From the NCBI GenBank assembly GCA_012295275.1, contig CM022679.1, positions 10,416,001 through 10,480,000 of the forward strand: DNA of 64,000 nucleotides. The letters are read 5' to 3'. Source of the DNA: Chrysomallon squamiferum (lineage: Eukaryota; Animalia; Mollusca). The position numbers and the translations under genes are program-made. Below, one piece after another: positions 39,843 to 55,359 of the stretch. Numbering within the stretch: the stretch's first letter is position 1; every line of letters starts with the position of its first letter. Under the pieces are notes generated by a model. It did no database searches, was not told the origin of the DNA, and saw only the letters and a program-made list of their open reading frames with translations.

Positions 39843-42800
39843 ATGTCTGAGGCTGTGACCGTGGTGAAGGAACAACTCGAAAGGTATCTGGGAAACACGT
39901 GGTGGTTGCCTATAACTGGTGCCGTCGGTGCTGCAGCGCTGATCTGTCTGTCTTTACTTGGAAGACCTAAGCCGTACAAGTCGCCGGTCGATATCAATAA
40001 ACAGAGTATAGATATCGGGGTACGTATTGTATGCATAGTCTGTGAGTTTGTGTCTGTGTGTGCGTCAGATAATAATACATAGGGTATCACAGTTCAGTTT
40101 AATTATAGTATATGTTTTTACCTTGCAAGAATGGTTTTTTTTTTTTTTTTTTTTTTTTATTTTTTTTTTAATGTGCAGTTTGTAGGATATGCTTACAGTA
40201 CAAAGCCGTTATATTTATTATTATTATTTTGTTGTTGTTGTTGTTATTGCTGCTGCTGCTATTGTTATTGTTGTTGTTTTCATAATTGTCATTATCATTA
40301 TTATTATTGTTATTGTTATTACTGTTGCTGTTGTTGTTATTATTATTTTTATAATTATAATTATTATATACATAGTGTTTTCTGAAATTCTTGATCTGCT
40401 TCTGGTTATTGTTTATCTCTCACCAATTATTCTCTCTACTTTCGTGTCCAAAAAAAAAAAATCGCTCTATTTATTTATCTTATTTAAAAAGGAAAATACA
40501 ATCATAAGACTGTTATTAAAATATAAAATAACTACTAACAAGCAATTTATAAATTATATGCATCAAATCAGTTATTAATTCTTACATGCAGGATGGAGTT
40601 CGTATTTCACCTTTGATGCAAGAGCTGAAGGATGGAAAGCCTATGGAATATTTGTATGAAGATGCTAAAACTCTGTATGAGGCATTCATGCGAGGATTAA
40701 AATTAGCCAGTAAGTAAAATTGATTATTTCCTTAGTGCACTAAAACGGATGTCCATTTGTCGATGATTATCATTATGAGTATTATGATAACGCATTAATA
40801 TAACAGTAATTTGCATTTTCATTATTTTTCTTCTTCTTCTTCTTCTTCTTCTTCTTCTTCTTCTTCTTCTTCTTGTTATTATTATTATTATTATTATTGT
40901 TATTGTAGTTGTTGTTGTTAACTTCATCATCATTACAACCTGATATACAGACAGACAGACAGACATACATATACACACAAATACTCCATAAAATATTCGA
41001 TTTAATTATCTTTTCCTGTTATTTATTCCCTTTTCTTTCTCTTCAGAAAATGAAAAATGTCTAGGAAAACGGTGTGAAAACGGATACGAATGGCTCACAT
41101 ATCAGCAGGTACACATTGTCGAAAACAGGAAAATAAAACGCTAAAACAGATTCATAGATACAAACACACACATACACACATAAAAACACAGGCAGGGATT
41201 GAAGGAGAGGTACTAAGAACGTAAAAGAAAAAGAAAGTAAATGAATGAATGACAATAAGATATAAAGAGACAGAGAGAGATTCGGAGAAAATGTTATATA
41301 GTGACAGTCAGATAAACACAGAAAGAGGAAACACAGAAATAGTGAGAGTGAGAGGAAGAGGAGTGAGACAAAGAGAGAGAGAGAGAAGAGAGGAGAGAAT
41401 AAGAGGGAGAGAAGGAGTTAGAGAAAAACGGAGAGAGAGAGATAATGAAAGATAAACTAAAGGAGACAGTGCAAGACAGACAGAAACATAGATACAGAGA
41501 TACATTCGCAGTTAACCTCGCTTGTTTTTGATACCATTTGTTGTGTTTCTTAGATTAGACAAGTTAATTAATTATCTGGTATGTTTTATCTGCTAGGTTC
41601 ACGACAGAGTTCAGGCCTTTGGTTCTGGTTTACTGCAGCTGGGACTGAAACCAGGCACAGAAAGCATGCTTGGTATATATAGTCTTAACAGGACTGAGGT
41701 AACTCTTACTATTTGTGTCTTTAAATAAAATAATTATAGAACTGTTATTGCTTCAGTACAAGACTATAATAATAATAATGTATAATATTTTAATAAACAC
41801 ATATAAATATATACAAGAACTCATATAAATATACGTGTGACCTATAAAAAAAATGTGTGTATATACAGGATATTATATATATATTTTTTTTTTTTTGTGT
41901 GTGTGTGTGTGTAAACGGGTGTGCATGCTTATGTTTATTTAAATATAAATGTTCTGTGCGTTATATGAATATAAATAGTTCAGATTAAGATATATAAACG
42001 GACATTTACATTCATTACAAAAAAGAAAAGAAAAATGTATTCTATATTTCTCTGTTATGGTTACTATTAAAGTGAAAATAAACTATATCAGTTTAAAATA
42101 TTTTCAGTTTAATTTTATCTGTCTTTCATTTTCAGTGGGTTTTGTCAGAACAAGCCTGTAACATGTTTACATTTGTGTCTGTTGCGCTTTACGATACTCT
42201 GGGTTCTGAAGCCTGCCAGTATATAATTAATTTGAGTAAGTAAAAAATGGCTTACGTTTTCTGTGAGAGCGAAACACCTTTTTGTTTAATACTGATTTCA
42301 AGTTTAGTTGATTATTCGTGATTCAGTGATTTAAGTTCCGAATATGTACGATTCAATTCGGCAATTATTCACAGAAGTCTTCTTAAGATGCGGAAACGTT
42401 CGGAATATTTCGTATCGTTTCCGAATATTACCGAGAATTTCAGGAGATATTCGCAGACGACAAGCTCGAAAGGAAGATCTATTATTATACATTTTATTTA
42501 TTTTGTTTCATTTCATTTATTTTTTTTTTTTTTTTTTTTTTGCTGACTGATGTTTATTCTTTGTTATTAAACTGATTTTATTTTGAAATATATATTATTA
42601 TATATCTCTACAAATCTATGGCATCTTCTTTTATTATATACTGGATTTGTCCTTGAAATCGATCATGTATAACGAACATAACAACCTTCTGCTTTTAGTA
42701 ACCTATAAAAAATGAATGTATCATAAATGCCGAACATTATTTATCGTCCGTAACGGCTAAATAAGAAATAATTATAGGATATTATTATTTTTTTTATAGT

Positions 42801-42903
42801 CCATTACTTGTAACTAGTTCTTGGTCATTTATGACAAGGTCACTTATTTTCAACATACCTAGACTTTTTCAGTATTTCGAATGAATAAATGAATGAATGA
42901 ACA

Positions 42904-42958
<55 letters not shown>

Positions 42959-43997
42959 GAAGAAGAAGAAGAAGAAGATTTGTTATGTCTTGTTCTGGCA
43001 CTTACACAATAACAGTTATATAAAACCATACGAATATGAATTAACATAAATTCTGCTAATGTAGATTTCAGTCAGTGATATAATTATCATGTCATATTTA
43101 TAAAATATTAAACGAATTCGTGGAATGAAAAACGTGGCTGAGCTGTTAAAGAAAACACCGATTTAATTCGTTTTAATTAATTTGTATGTTTGTTTGTTTA
43201 TGTGTTTATTTGATCCTTTGTTTGTTCTCTTTTGATATTCTTATTGTTCTTTTTTATAGTTGCTGTTGTTGTTCTTCTTATTATTAACTTTATCTTTTTC
43301 ATCTTTACTATTACTGCTACAACTATCACCACTACTACCATTGCCACCCTGTTCTGCTTCTACTACTACAACTACTATTACCACCACATCTACTACTACT
43401 ACTACTACTACTGCTGCAACTAAATCTACTACTTCTACTCCTACTAATACTACTGCTATGACTAATGCTACTTCAGCTATTGCTGCTAGTTATTATTATT
43501 GTTGTTGTTGTTGTTATTATTATTACAGCGAAGCTGTCAGTTATTGTGTGTGATACAGCTGACAAAGCACAGACTTTGCTGGAAGAAGCTTACAAGATGC
43601 CGTCGCTCACAACTGTCATCGTCATGGATGCGGTCAACAAAAATAACGTAGCGACAGCCGAGAATTACAAAATCCAACTGTTACAGTTTGATGATGTTGA
43701 GGTATACACATTTATATAATAAACCAAATTGCTGTTTCTGCTGTTGCTGCTCTTGTTGTTGTTGGTGTGTAGCCAATGAAATACGTTTCCATTTCTGTTA
43801 CCTGAGTCATTAGTTTATGCCCGGCATGATATAATCAAAAAAAAAAAAAAATAATAATAAAAAAAATGTGTTGAGTGCGTCCTTAAATTAAACATCATCA
43901 GCAGCATCATCATCATTGCAATCATCGTCGTCGTGTTATTATCATTATTTAAGGAAACTAATCGAATAATAACAACAAAAACAACAACAACAACAAC

Positions 43998-44053
<56 letters not shown>

Positions 44054-44285
44054 CAAAAATAATAATAATTTTGACTCCTAATTTTATAAATTTCCTATAA
44101 ATTATTTACTCAGTTTTATATTATTTAACAAAACTGCGACGGCAGCAATGTTAAAAAATGAAATGCACCAAGATGACTTTGAGATAATCTCAAAATGCCA
44201 AAGTAGAATCCATTTAACTGGTTTGAGCAGAACCTTTGTCATCTGTCTCTGGTTTTACTATTATGCTTTCTTTTGATACCATCAC

Positions 44286-44317
<32 letters not shown>

Positions 44318-44357
44318 GTTATTGTTATTGTTATTGTTATTGTTATTGTTATTGTTA

Positions 44358-44407
<50 letters not shown>

Positions 44408-44550
44408 TGTCGAACTTTCTTTTCAGGAACTAGGGAAGAAAGAACTGAAACAAGCAGTGGTAAGATTTGTTCACAGTAACAATTAGTAGTTTACGTTCAA
44501 ATTCGATTGTTACAGATAATAATTTAAATTTCAATTAATTGTTTGAGATG

Positions 44551-44604
<54 letters not shown>

Positions 44605-45208
44605 GGTATCGCATATACATATACGTTTTTAGCACGTAGATACACAGTTCATGTATGTACAGAGAGACATAAATTACACACACAATCACGGACAGAATTC
44701 TGACTCACACAAGAAAAACAATTCCCTAAACTAACACATGGTGAAATACACGCACAGGAACACACACAAGCTCGTACGCATGCACGCACGCACAGATAAA
44801 TAAATACAATAATAATTACGAGGACATCTCACGCAATCTGCATTTTATAGAATTTTTATTTATTTATTTTTATTTTTATTTTTTATTTTTTTCGCAGCCT
44901 CCTAAACCTTCTGATCTTTCAACCATCAGTTTTACGAGCGGAACAACAGGTAAAAAGAAAAATAACCAAACAACAACAACAACAACAAAAAGTCTCAACA
45001 AAAGAACAGCAACAAATAACTCACAATCACAAACTTTTTTTTTTTTTAAATATACTGAACAAAAAATGTTAGGGAATATAAACTAGTTTTAAATACGACA
45101 CATTCTTCATCCAGCCTATGATTATAAATCATCGACATTAAAAACAAAATTATTTTCTGATGTACAATGTATTGCGTGTGTCTGGAATTTTATGTCTAAA
45201 TGTACAAT

Positions 45209-45244
<36 letters not shown>

Positions 45245-45286
45245 AGAGAGAGACACAGACACAGACACAGAGAGAGAGAGAGAGAG

Positions 45287-45340
<54 letters not shown>

Positions 45341-48300
45341 AGAAAAGTAAGTAAGTACTTCCTTATTCATTAATTAATGTATTTAAATATATGAATTCAA
45401 ACACAAACCTATATATATATATATATATATGTATATAAAACAAACACTGTCCATCCAAGCAGTTAATGAGTATATGTAGTAGAAGTAGCCTGAAGCAGAT
45501 GTTTGCTGTTTATTTTGTGTGAACAGGACAAACTAATTTATTATGAACAAGCAATTTACACGAGCTGTCTGTATGTACTTCATACGTGTGTACAGGTTAT
45601 TGATTAGCTGTCATTACTGTGGGGAGAAAAAAATATACCAAAAAAAACACAACAACAGCAACCCCAGCACTTATAGTAAATAAATAAAATAAATAAATAA
45701 ACAGGTAGATGTGTTGATAACTAGATAATAGATAAATATAGAGTTAGGTAGATAGATAGATAGGGAGATAGGTATAAATGTATACTCAGATAAGGAAGTT
45801 ATGTGAACTTATTATTATGAACAAATTAGCAACTGAGTGAGTAAATGAATAGGCGAAAGAGTGAACAAAAAAAAAAACAACCAAAAAAATATATAAAATA
45901 TATATATATATAATAAAATTTAAAAAAATGAAAAGTAAAAAAAATAAAAAACAAAAACACCATGAACTAGTAACGAAGTAATGAACATTTAAAAACTGAA
46001 AATCAAAACTGATAAAAGACAAGAAAGAAACACTCATATTTCAGTTTATTTATTTATTTATTTATTTATTTTTTCCAGGAAACCCAAAGGGAGTGATGCT
46101 CACACACGGAAACATAATCGCCAGTTTGTCTGGTTTCTACTACGTGTCCTCGGTTTGAAAACAAATTATCACCTTTCTTTCAATCATTGTTCTTAATATT
46201 TTGTAACTTATTGGTATTTGTTTTTAGTGTTACTAATAATAAAATAAAATAATAAAAAATAAAATAAAATACAGCTACAAGAAGTAAATAAAATAAAATA
46301 AATAAATAAATAACATATTTTATATATATATATATATTCTGTTTGTTTTTCATATAAATAGGAGATATATTAGAAATGACAGAACTAGAAATAATAACGG
46401 TAGAAGTTATACTTGTAGCAGTAGTACTAGTATTGTTGCTAGTAATAATAATAATAGTATTGGTCGTGGTGGCAGTAATAATATTTTATATTCTACAAAT
46501 CTGATCTTGTAATTAATATTCACTTTTTTAAAAATTGTTTATTTTTTTCTTTTTTAGCTGGCTTACGATTTTACTACCAAGGATACTTATCTCTCCTATC
46601 TTCCCATGGCTCATATGTTTGAACGAACTTGTCAGGTAAGAAACAGTAAGATTCACTAGATAAAAACGTACAACATAAAACAACACAAAACAACAACAAA
46701 ATAATAAGTAGTATTAATAATAACAACGACGAAAACAACAACAACAATCGAATAATAATAACGGCATCTACGACCATAATAATAATGAAAGAACAACAAT
46801 AAAAAATAAAAGATTAGCCGTAAAAAATAAACAAAAATAAATATCCAAGCATTAAAAAAAAAAAAAAAAATAAAACCAATAAATAAATAAAATAACAAAA
46901 AAAAAAAAAAATATATATATAAATAATAATAATAATCAAATACAAAATAAAGAAAAAAAAAGAAAATAAAACGAACAAAAACCAAGAGTAAAATGTTTTT
47001 TTTTTTTAAATAAACAAATAAAACTAAAAAAAAAAAAAACAAACATAAAAGAGTAAAACCAACTAAACGATCAACAAATAGGAAAATTAATAATAAATAA
47101 AATAGCTGAAAGTCCTTGACTCTGGTATTAAGCTCGATTTTCACTGAATTATTTACTGTTGTGTTTCAGGCGTGCATTTTTATGACTGGAGGTCACATCG
47201 GCTTCTCATCTGGCGATGTTAAATTACTCCTGGGGGATTTGCAGATGCTGAAACCTACCTTGTTTGCTACAGTTCCCAGACTTCTAAACAGAATCAGAGA
47301 CAAAGTAAGACAAATACACGCGCACACACATACACATGCACACAGATGTGTGTGTATATATATATGATTTTATTCTTGGTTCTGACTGGATTACACCATT
47401 ATGACATTTTGGATTAGGGAAAATAATACTATATGTCAGTACTTCTTATTCTGTTTTGTTGTCATTGATTGAGTCTTTTATTGTAAAATTCATTTCACTT
47501 AGTTTCTTTTTTTTTTTGTTGTTTATTTATTTATTTTGTTATTTTCGTCTTTTTATTGTTGTTTTTTTTTTTTGTTTTTTTTTAAATTTATTTTTATTAT
47601 TATTTTTTAAATCCATACCAAAATAATGTTAATCATCGTTAGGAGGCCGATTCATCGGTTTAAGAATTCTAAGATACCTTGAGTTACGATTTGTATCCAT
47701 TATAATAAAATGAGTACTGGTTTAAGACAGGTGTGAATGTTATTTTACGATCTAGTCGGTTTCCTTTTAACATGATAATATATCAAAATTACAAATTCCT
47801 ATTGCAAATTAAAATAATATTTTCATATAATTAAAATTAAAATATATATATATATATATATTTATTTATTTTTAGGTTAACAGTGGTGCCAGTACAAGCA
47901 GAATTAAGAAGTTCTTGTTGGATCTTGCTTTGTCTAGAAAACTGTTACTAATTAAAAGGTAATACGCAGGTGTTTGGTTGGTGGACTCAGCCTGGAGTGC
48001 TCCAGCCCTTGAATTTTTATTTTATAATTAATTTAATTATGAAAGTTACATTCGTAACATTTTAAACTTAAATTCTGGATCGGCAGCTGATATGCATTTA
48101 TGATGATTCAAATACAAAATCTCAAATGAAATAGTAAAAATTTCTAATAATGATAAAAATAACAATAGCAATAAAGACAACAGACGGTCTGGCTGGTATG
48201 TCTATGTGTCTATATATATTGTACAGACATACACACACATACATAGCAATCAGAAACTTTCGCCTAAAGCCTCAGTCTTTCATTTACAGAGGTGTGGTTA

Positions 48301-51300
48301 CAAGAAACACGTTCTGGGACAGACTGGTGTTCGGAAAGATTCAGAAACTGCTTGGAGGTCGAGTCGTGGTCTTACTGACAGGCTCAGCTCCAATATCTGA
48401 AGAAACTCTCAACTTCATCAAGTGTGCCACTGGATGCTTTGTGAGTCAAAAATGTCTTCCATGAATAAAATAGTCATTGCAAATACGAACAGACTGTAAA
48501 AATAATAATTTATAAATTAAGGAAAGGTGTATTTTAATTTGTCAGTCAGCTCTGTGATGTAATTTATATAATACATGGGTAATATGAATCTAATCTTATA
48601 CGGACTGTACTGAAGACGGAATGCTTGAACCTTGAACCTTGAAAAAAATTAACGTGCTAATCAGAGCAAGCTGTTGTGAAGCACGTTGACGGAATGCTAT
48701 GTATAATGCGTTTTTACGGCTAACGAAAGTTATGTAATATATTTTTTTAAATTATGTAATGAATATTTTAAATTACGGAAAGCGCTATAATGATATGTAT
48801 AGGTAATAAAAGGTGTTTAGTGTATTTGTAGAACTGTAAATATTAATGTAATTATGTATGTGATGGAATGCTATGCTTCTGTAAATCGTATGTGAAAAAG
48901 TCAGTGAAATATATTTTATACGGAATATATAGTCAGCATTTTGTATTGTATGCGTAATAGACAGCTGTTTATTAATAATACTTTTGTAAGATCGTAGAAG
49001 TCAGTGTATTGTATTCTGTGCATAACAGACAGCTATTTATTTGCAATACTTTTGTGTGGTTGTGAAAATCAGTGTACTGTATTATACAGGTGATGGAAGG
49101 ATATGGTCAAACAGAGGTGGTTACGGGTATCACAGGACAGTTTCCAGGCGACACTACTGGAGGTATGACAAAATAAAGTTCTGAACTGAAATGTGCTGTG
49201 TGATCGTGTATTTGTATAGGTATTTATATATGTGTATATTGCATCCGCATATGTATGTAGATATGTACGTATTTTGAAGACATTTATTAACAATGCAGTT
49301 ACGCCATAAAGGAAACACATATTAGCGATCTAATACCATTATCTTATCTGTATTTTTTAATCTCTCTGTATTTATGAAATTTATTGAAATATATATATTT
49401 TTTATTACTTTAGGACATGTGGGTGGACCGCTTGTTTGTAATTATGTGAAACTAGCTGATGTCCCAGATATGAACTACTTTTCCAAAGACGACAAAGGAG
49501 AGGTAACTTTATATATACCTAAAACTCTTGATCAACTATCTATCATCTGTAGGTATGTGTGTGTTTGTTTATTTGTGTGTGTGTGTATGTGTTAGTGTGT
49601 GTGTGTGTGTGTGTATGTGTGTGTGTGTGTTACCAAAGAGATATTTCTAAATATTTCAGTTCATAAGCTGAATATAATTTAGTTTATCTGGCTGTATAAA
49701 ACTAAAGAAATATTCTTTAATAATTGTGGCATCAAATTTTAGATCATGCAGGTTATTTATATAATTATTTAAAAATCATTGGTTTTAAATGTGTTTTACA
49801 TTTAACTAACAGTACTGTTTGACTTAATTTTAACAGATATGTGTAAAGGGGCCAAACGTGTTCAAAGGGTATTACAACAATCCCGAGAAGACGAGAGAAA
49901 CGCTGGATGAAGATGGATGGTGTCACACGGGGGATATTGGGGAATGGCTTCCAGTATGTGAATATTAAATCATTATTAATTTCATTTCTGTCATCATCCA
50001 AAAACTACAACAAAAAAAAAAAAAAAAAAAAAAACCATGGTCAAGATCGTAATTATGCACTAAAATCATAAGGCATTAAGTTGTTTTGTGACGTATGACC
50101 AAAAAATGAGTCAAACAGAAGCATAACAGTAAAATGTTTGTTTAAATTATATGATTTTGCTTTTAATAAATATAAATGAATACTATTTTAACTGAAATGT
50201 TTTTTTTTTAATCTTCTGTAGAATGGAGCGCTGAAGATTATCGACAGAAAGAAACACATTTTTAAACTCGCTCAGGTGAGAACTTTTCCTTTGTGTAATT
50301 AATGACTAAAAGTTTCTACAAACGAATAAATAACATGAAAGATAAATTGTTATATTTTTAAGTTACAGAAGATTCAATTAACTGTCAGTTATTTTAGTAA
50401 TAAAATAAATAAATAAATAAATTTAATAGGTTTGTTATAGCTCAAAGTAACACGAATGACATAACACAAGATAACGTTACAACATAACGTAACATAATGT
50501 AACTTAATGTCACGTGTCGGAAACTAAATTCGGTAATAATAAGAAATTTTTAATATTCAAAGTTTGGTTTATATTTTATGAACATAAATATATTATCATA
50601 TAAAACTACACATATACATTCCGTTTATCTTCTAAAACTGTTATATGTGTTTGTTAAAAATTAGAAATCATTTCCTATGTTAAAAATGTGTTGTCATGTG
50701 CAGGGTGAATATGTAGCTCCAGAAAAAATAGAATCCGTCTACGTGAAAAGTAAATTTGTTTCTCAAGTGTTTGTTGATGGAGACAGTTTGAAGGTAAATA
50801 TTGTTTAATTTGTTTTGTTTTGTTTTGTTTTACATACAATAAAAAGATCCTCTAAATGTTTAAATATACGAACCGATATTTTGATATATTCCACTTTATA
50901 TAAATCAAATCTACGGGAAAAGTTTTTTTTTTTTTTTTTTTTTATGTTAACAAAACATATTTAATATTGGAAGATATTTTTCTTCAACCTCAGAAAATTC
51001 TGGATCTGTTTCTGAAATCTTGATACAACTAATTGATGATATTTTGAAATTTCTGGAATTAATAATTTAATATATAATTTTACCTCATTCCTTCTGACTG
51101 ATTTACCGAAGATTATTTTTTAAAGGCAATTTTTTTTTTTTTTTTTTTTTTTTAATTATTATTTTTAGACACACTGTATGGGAGTTGTCGTTCCTGATCA
51201 AGAGGTTATTGACGTCTGGGCTGCGAATAATGGTTTCACAACAGACGTCTTGGAACTTTGCAAAAACAAGGTACCTATTCTGCATTAAATTTGTCTTTGA

Positions 51301-51436
51301 AACTGCTTCAGAATCCCAGTTATGTTTTAAAGCTTTTCCTTAGTACGTTATAAACAACATAAAAATAATGATTAATTGAAAAAACTTTTACACGTCTTCA
51401 AGAAAATAAATACCCAACTTTTAATAAACAAAGTTG

Positions 51437-51472
<36 letters not shown>

Positions 51473-52534
51473 GCTTATTGAAGTAAAATAAAAGATGCGG
51501 TTAGATTAAATTACTACTGAAAGGAAATGTTTTTAATGACAGTTTTAATTTATTTCATTGCAGCTAATTATTATAAATATTTCAGTGATTAGCGTTAAAG
51601 TAGTTTTCTCTATATTTATGTATATATATATATTCTTTTTATGTTTGTATTTAAATAAATTTCCATTATAATTTTATATTCATTATTTAAAAGAATATTT
51701 GATTTGATTTATTATTCTAGAAATTCAAAGATATTATACTGAAAGATATTCACGAATATGGAAAGAAAGCAGGACTTAAAGGTTTTGAACAGGTGAGTTT
51801 TAAACAATTTACAGGTCAGCTACATTCAGATTTTCTTCTTACTTGTAATTCACAAATACGGCTTTGTTACGAATGTTTTGTAAATTTTGTACAAATATTT
51901 ATAAAAATAAATAAACATCATGGTGACTATATCGATAATAATATTATTAATAATTAATTGTAAAAGACTAAAAGATACGGAAGAACTGTGATATATTTAG
52001 CTAAAGCAATTATTCTCGATACGTCTGTTAGATTATTTCGCTCTGAAGATAGTGCCCAATGTTTGGTGTATCACAGGTAATGATACGTTTTGTCCGTTTT
52101 AAAAGAATCAGTGTAGCTCAATAATGATAATGATGGAATGGCGACATTTTAATAATTGTTCATAAAACGAACATTCGTTAATTAATATAATACTTATAGG
52201 AAGAGTAGTAGATTAATTAATTAATATAATACTAATGGGGAGAGTAATAGATCATTAATTAATATAATACTAATATAGCTACAGTCAGTTCTCTCTCTCA
52301 GATACCGTTATATTAAAAAATCCAATACATTAGATGCTCAATAAAAGATAATCAAAACTAAGCGATGTTAAACATTCATTTATTTATAAACAGGTTTTAG
52401 ACATCGCTCTCATCCCTGAACCATTTTCAGTAGAGAACAATCTGCTAACTCCAACATTTAAATCAAAACGACCAGAACTGAGGAAAGAATTCAAGAAGAT
52501 CATAGATGACTTGTACAAAGAACATGGTATGTGA
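39843..52534 (+). CDS. ACSL1: Long-chain-fatty-acid--CoA ligase, ACSL1/5/6 clade (paralog A), complete, 21 coding exons, ~691 aa
   Basis: Hand-spliced exons, GT-AG and in frame: 39843-40019, 40592-40709, 41047-41108, 41597-41698, 42136-42235, 43529-43701, 44427-44459, 44898-44949, 46079-46152, 46558-46635, 47170-47304, 47876-47958, 48290-48440, 49090-49162, 49414-49502, 49837-49953, 50222-50275, 50704-50793, 51169-51270, 51721-51792, 52394-52534 (total 2076 nt including TGA). Motifs: N-terminal membrane anchor [27 protein letters not shown]-loop [16 protein letters not shown], gate [79 protein letters not shown]. The symbol denotes the clade; one-to-one orthology to ACSL1, 5 or 6 is not claimed. 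Confidence 0.95.
43815..43896 (+). mobile_element. SINE 3' tail fragment in an ACSL intron
   Basis: aaaatgtgttgagtgcgtccttaaattaaacat matches the tail seen at ~6830-6860 and ~11555-11580. Confidence 0.45.
48930..49089. repeat. ~70-bp intronic tandem repeat ending at an ACSL splice acceptor
   Basis: agtcag..ttgtatt..gacagct.tttatt..aatacttttgt occurs twice, then a partial third unit tcagtgtactgtattatacag supplies the AG. Confidence 0.7.
52178..52278. repeat. ~38-bp intronic tandem repeat (about 2.5 copies)
   Basis: aattaatataatact.at.gg.agagta.tagat repeated. Confidence 0.75.
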
Positions 52535-54188
52535 TGAGCTGCTGTTAACGGATGGACGTCATCGTTATATATTACATTCACAACGAACCAAAAGGAAAAC
52601 CTAACTGAATGTTGTGTGGTATCAGTATGAACTCATTCCTGACATTAGATATTCGGAAAGTCAAAACTTGAGGAAGAAAAACTCCATTTCATAATATAAA
52701 ATACTGTACAAAAATCAGAGAGTATTTTAATATTTATGAGTGTATTTTTTGTGCAGGAGTGATTGGTGTGATTAAATGTATATATATTTGTATGAGTGAC
52801 ACAATGTTTATATTCTGAATGTTTATTTATCATAATAATAACAATACAAACAATTCAAAATGTTTTTTTTTGTTTGTTTTTATGTTTCATATTTAAATAT
52901 TTTTTTTCAACGTAAATGGCCAGTCGAGATTAATACTTATCAAAAACGAGAAAATCATTTGTAAAATAACTTAAAATTAGTTTAGCAGTTTATAATATTA
53001 AAATATTATTTCGACTTTGTTTTTGGCAAAACGAATGTGGAATCTTTCAGTTTTCTTATATCAGCATATACGTAAAAAGTAAATACAAAATAATTACAAA
53101 TACAGATATTCCTTGATAACCAAACAAAGTCGGCGATAGATCCATCCAATTACCTTCTGTTTCTAGAAGGTACGTTATGAGTGGGCTTTTAGCAAAATAA
53201 GCTGTTTAATAATGATGGGTTTTTGCTCTGGTTCAGTGTAAAGACAACAGGAAGATCGATAGACCTATAGAATTGTCATCGATTAAGTGAACAGCAACTT
53301 GTTATTGGATTAGTTACCTTGGATAGCGTGAGTGATGTATTAGTGAAATGTTTTACTGAAAGTGAACGTGTTTGTAGAAAATAGAACGGCAAATGCCAAT
53401 TGGCCAGGCAATGATTCGTGTGGCGAAGATTTCTGTTTTGCTGAAACTGCAAAAACTTAGCTTCCAGTTACTTGTAATAGTCATAGGTTAAGATCTGAAA
53501 CAGAGCTTTCATTTACTCAGTAATTAGAAAACATAATAGAAAACATGATAATAAATCTATTATTAATAATAATCACGACTGCCAGTTTTCAGCTTTGGAT
53601 ATGTTTTATTTATGTTCATTCTCTGGACATAAAGAAGCAACATTTGTTCGTTTCATAACAGAACTATAGTTACCAATACAGTACACAGTATACATAATTA
53701 TAATTTTCAACATGATCTAGCTACACATAATCGAACATTTCTGGGTTTGTTCATAACACTTGTTGAGAAATGTTTTTTGTTTTTTATTCTTCTAAAAACT
53801 ATAATTTTGAATACATTATCACCAGTGACAATTTTCAGCAGTAAAGTTATATTAATAGTAATACCGTTTCCAATATCCCAGAATATGATATATTAACAGT
53901 TCTATATATATTACTACAAAAACTGCTCCACACATATTCTTTAGAAACCAAACACTTTCACTAAACAGAAATTATCCATTAATAACAAAACCCGATTCTA
54001 TTAATGGTTTCAAACAACACCGCATTCAAACAATGGATAAATACACAGTGTGTGTCAATAAGGGCTATGCGACATACACAAACGTTAATAAGTCGTTATT
54101 TAACTTGAAGGTGGCCAGAGTGTGTGTTAATTTTGATAAATTGTTTGACACAGCTTATGAAGTGTCATGGATCTTATTGTTATGGTAT

Positions 54189-54221
<33 letters not shown>

Positions 54222-55313
54222 AATAGTAGTGATGATTTATCTCTTATTTTGCACACATATACTACAACCAAAACAAAATAGGACAGTTTTCAAACTTAAC
54301 ATTTACTTAAATTCGTACAGAAATAAAATTCACAGCAAACTCAAATTTATAAAAACCCCACAGTTTATAAAATTCATAGACTTTGAACAACATTCAAAAC
54401 ACACGGACAAAACTATTCTTAATAATGGCGATGATAATAATCAATCAACAATACAAATGATAATACCAAACAAACTAATACGGTTAGTTATAAAATGTAA
54501 TTGTGATTGTTTTTTTCACGGACACATAGATATTTATCGAACTAATATATATTTTGATTCGAACTAAAATAACTTAATTGCTGTATTAATTTATGAAATA
54601 ATATTATACTTTTTTAGTTTTTAAACATGCAGACATCATTATAATCTCTTTTATTTATAACGGAATACTGAATTTAATTATTAAAGGAGGGATTTAAATG
54701 CATTCAACGTCATCTTATAGATTTCCAAATCGAAAATTATTCTGCACCTATTTCCCGATATACTGCAGTGAAAAAAAAAAAAAAATAAAAAAAAAAAAAA
54801 AAAGAAGTAGAAAAAGAAGAATAAATTTGTAAAATAAAAGAAAACATAATTCTTACATCTTGGTAATTCGGGTTTGAAACTGTGTTAAATCTTTTATAAT
54901 AAAGTTTGTGCATTCTTTTTAAAATGAAAAAGTCCAAAATCCATAATCCTAAACATGCATAGTAGTTCGTGACCCATCTACTATGCCTTGTAATCCTAAA
55001 AGAAGATTATTACATAACGAAAGGGATTAGAAATACAATGGCTGTTTGAAATAGAATTTAAAAAAAAATACATCATGTGAAAGAAAAGAACTTGCAAACA
55101 GCGGATTTATAAAATAAAATAAAAATAAAAATGAGAAAACAGTGTGATAGATCATTTTGTAGAAAATTAAACTAAGTATTAAAGTATGATTTACAATTAG
55201 ATCAAACATTTTTTAAAGTAATAATAATAATAATAATAGTTGTTGTTGTTGTTGTCCTCATTGTTATTACTGCATTGTTATTATTGTTATTATTATTATT
55301 ATTATTGTTGTTG

Positions 55314-55359
<46 letters not shown>

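Noticed and set aside
27106-52534. Conserved SPATA20/acyl-CoA synthetase synteny with human (SPATA20 lies near ACSF2 on 17q21)
   Set aside because: ACSF2 is a different, non-orthologous family from ACSL1/5/6, so the parallel is probably coincidental.
52520-52540. TGA TGA at the end of ACSL-A as selenocysteine/readthrough, or C-termini HGM and HSL as PTS1
   Set aside because: The stop aligns exactly with the TAA of paralog B, no SECIS is evident, and neither tripeptide fits (S/A/C)(K/R/H)(L/M).
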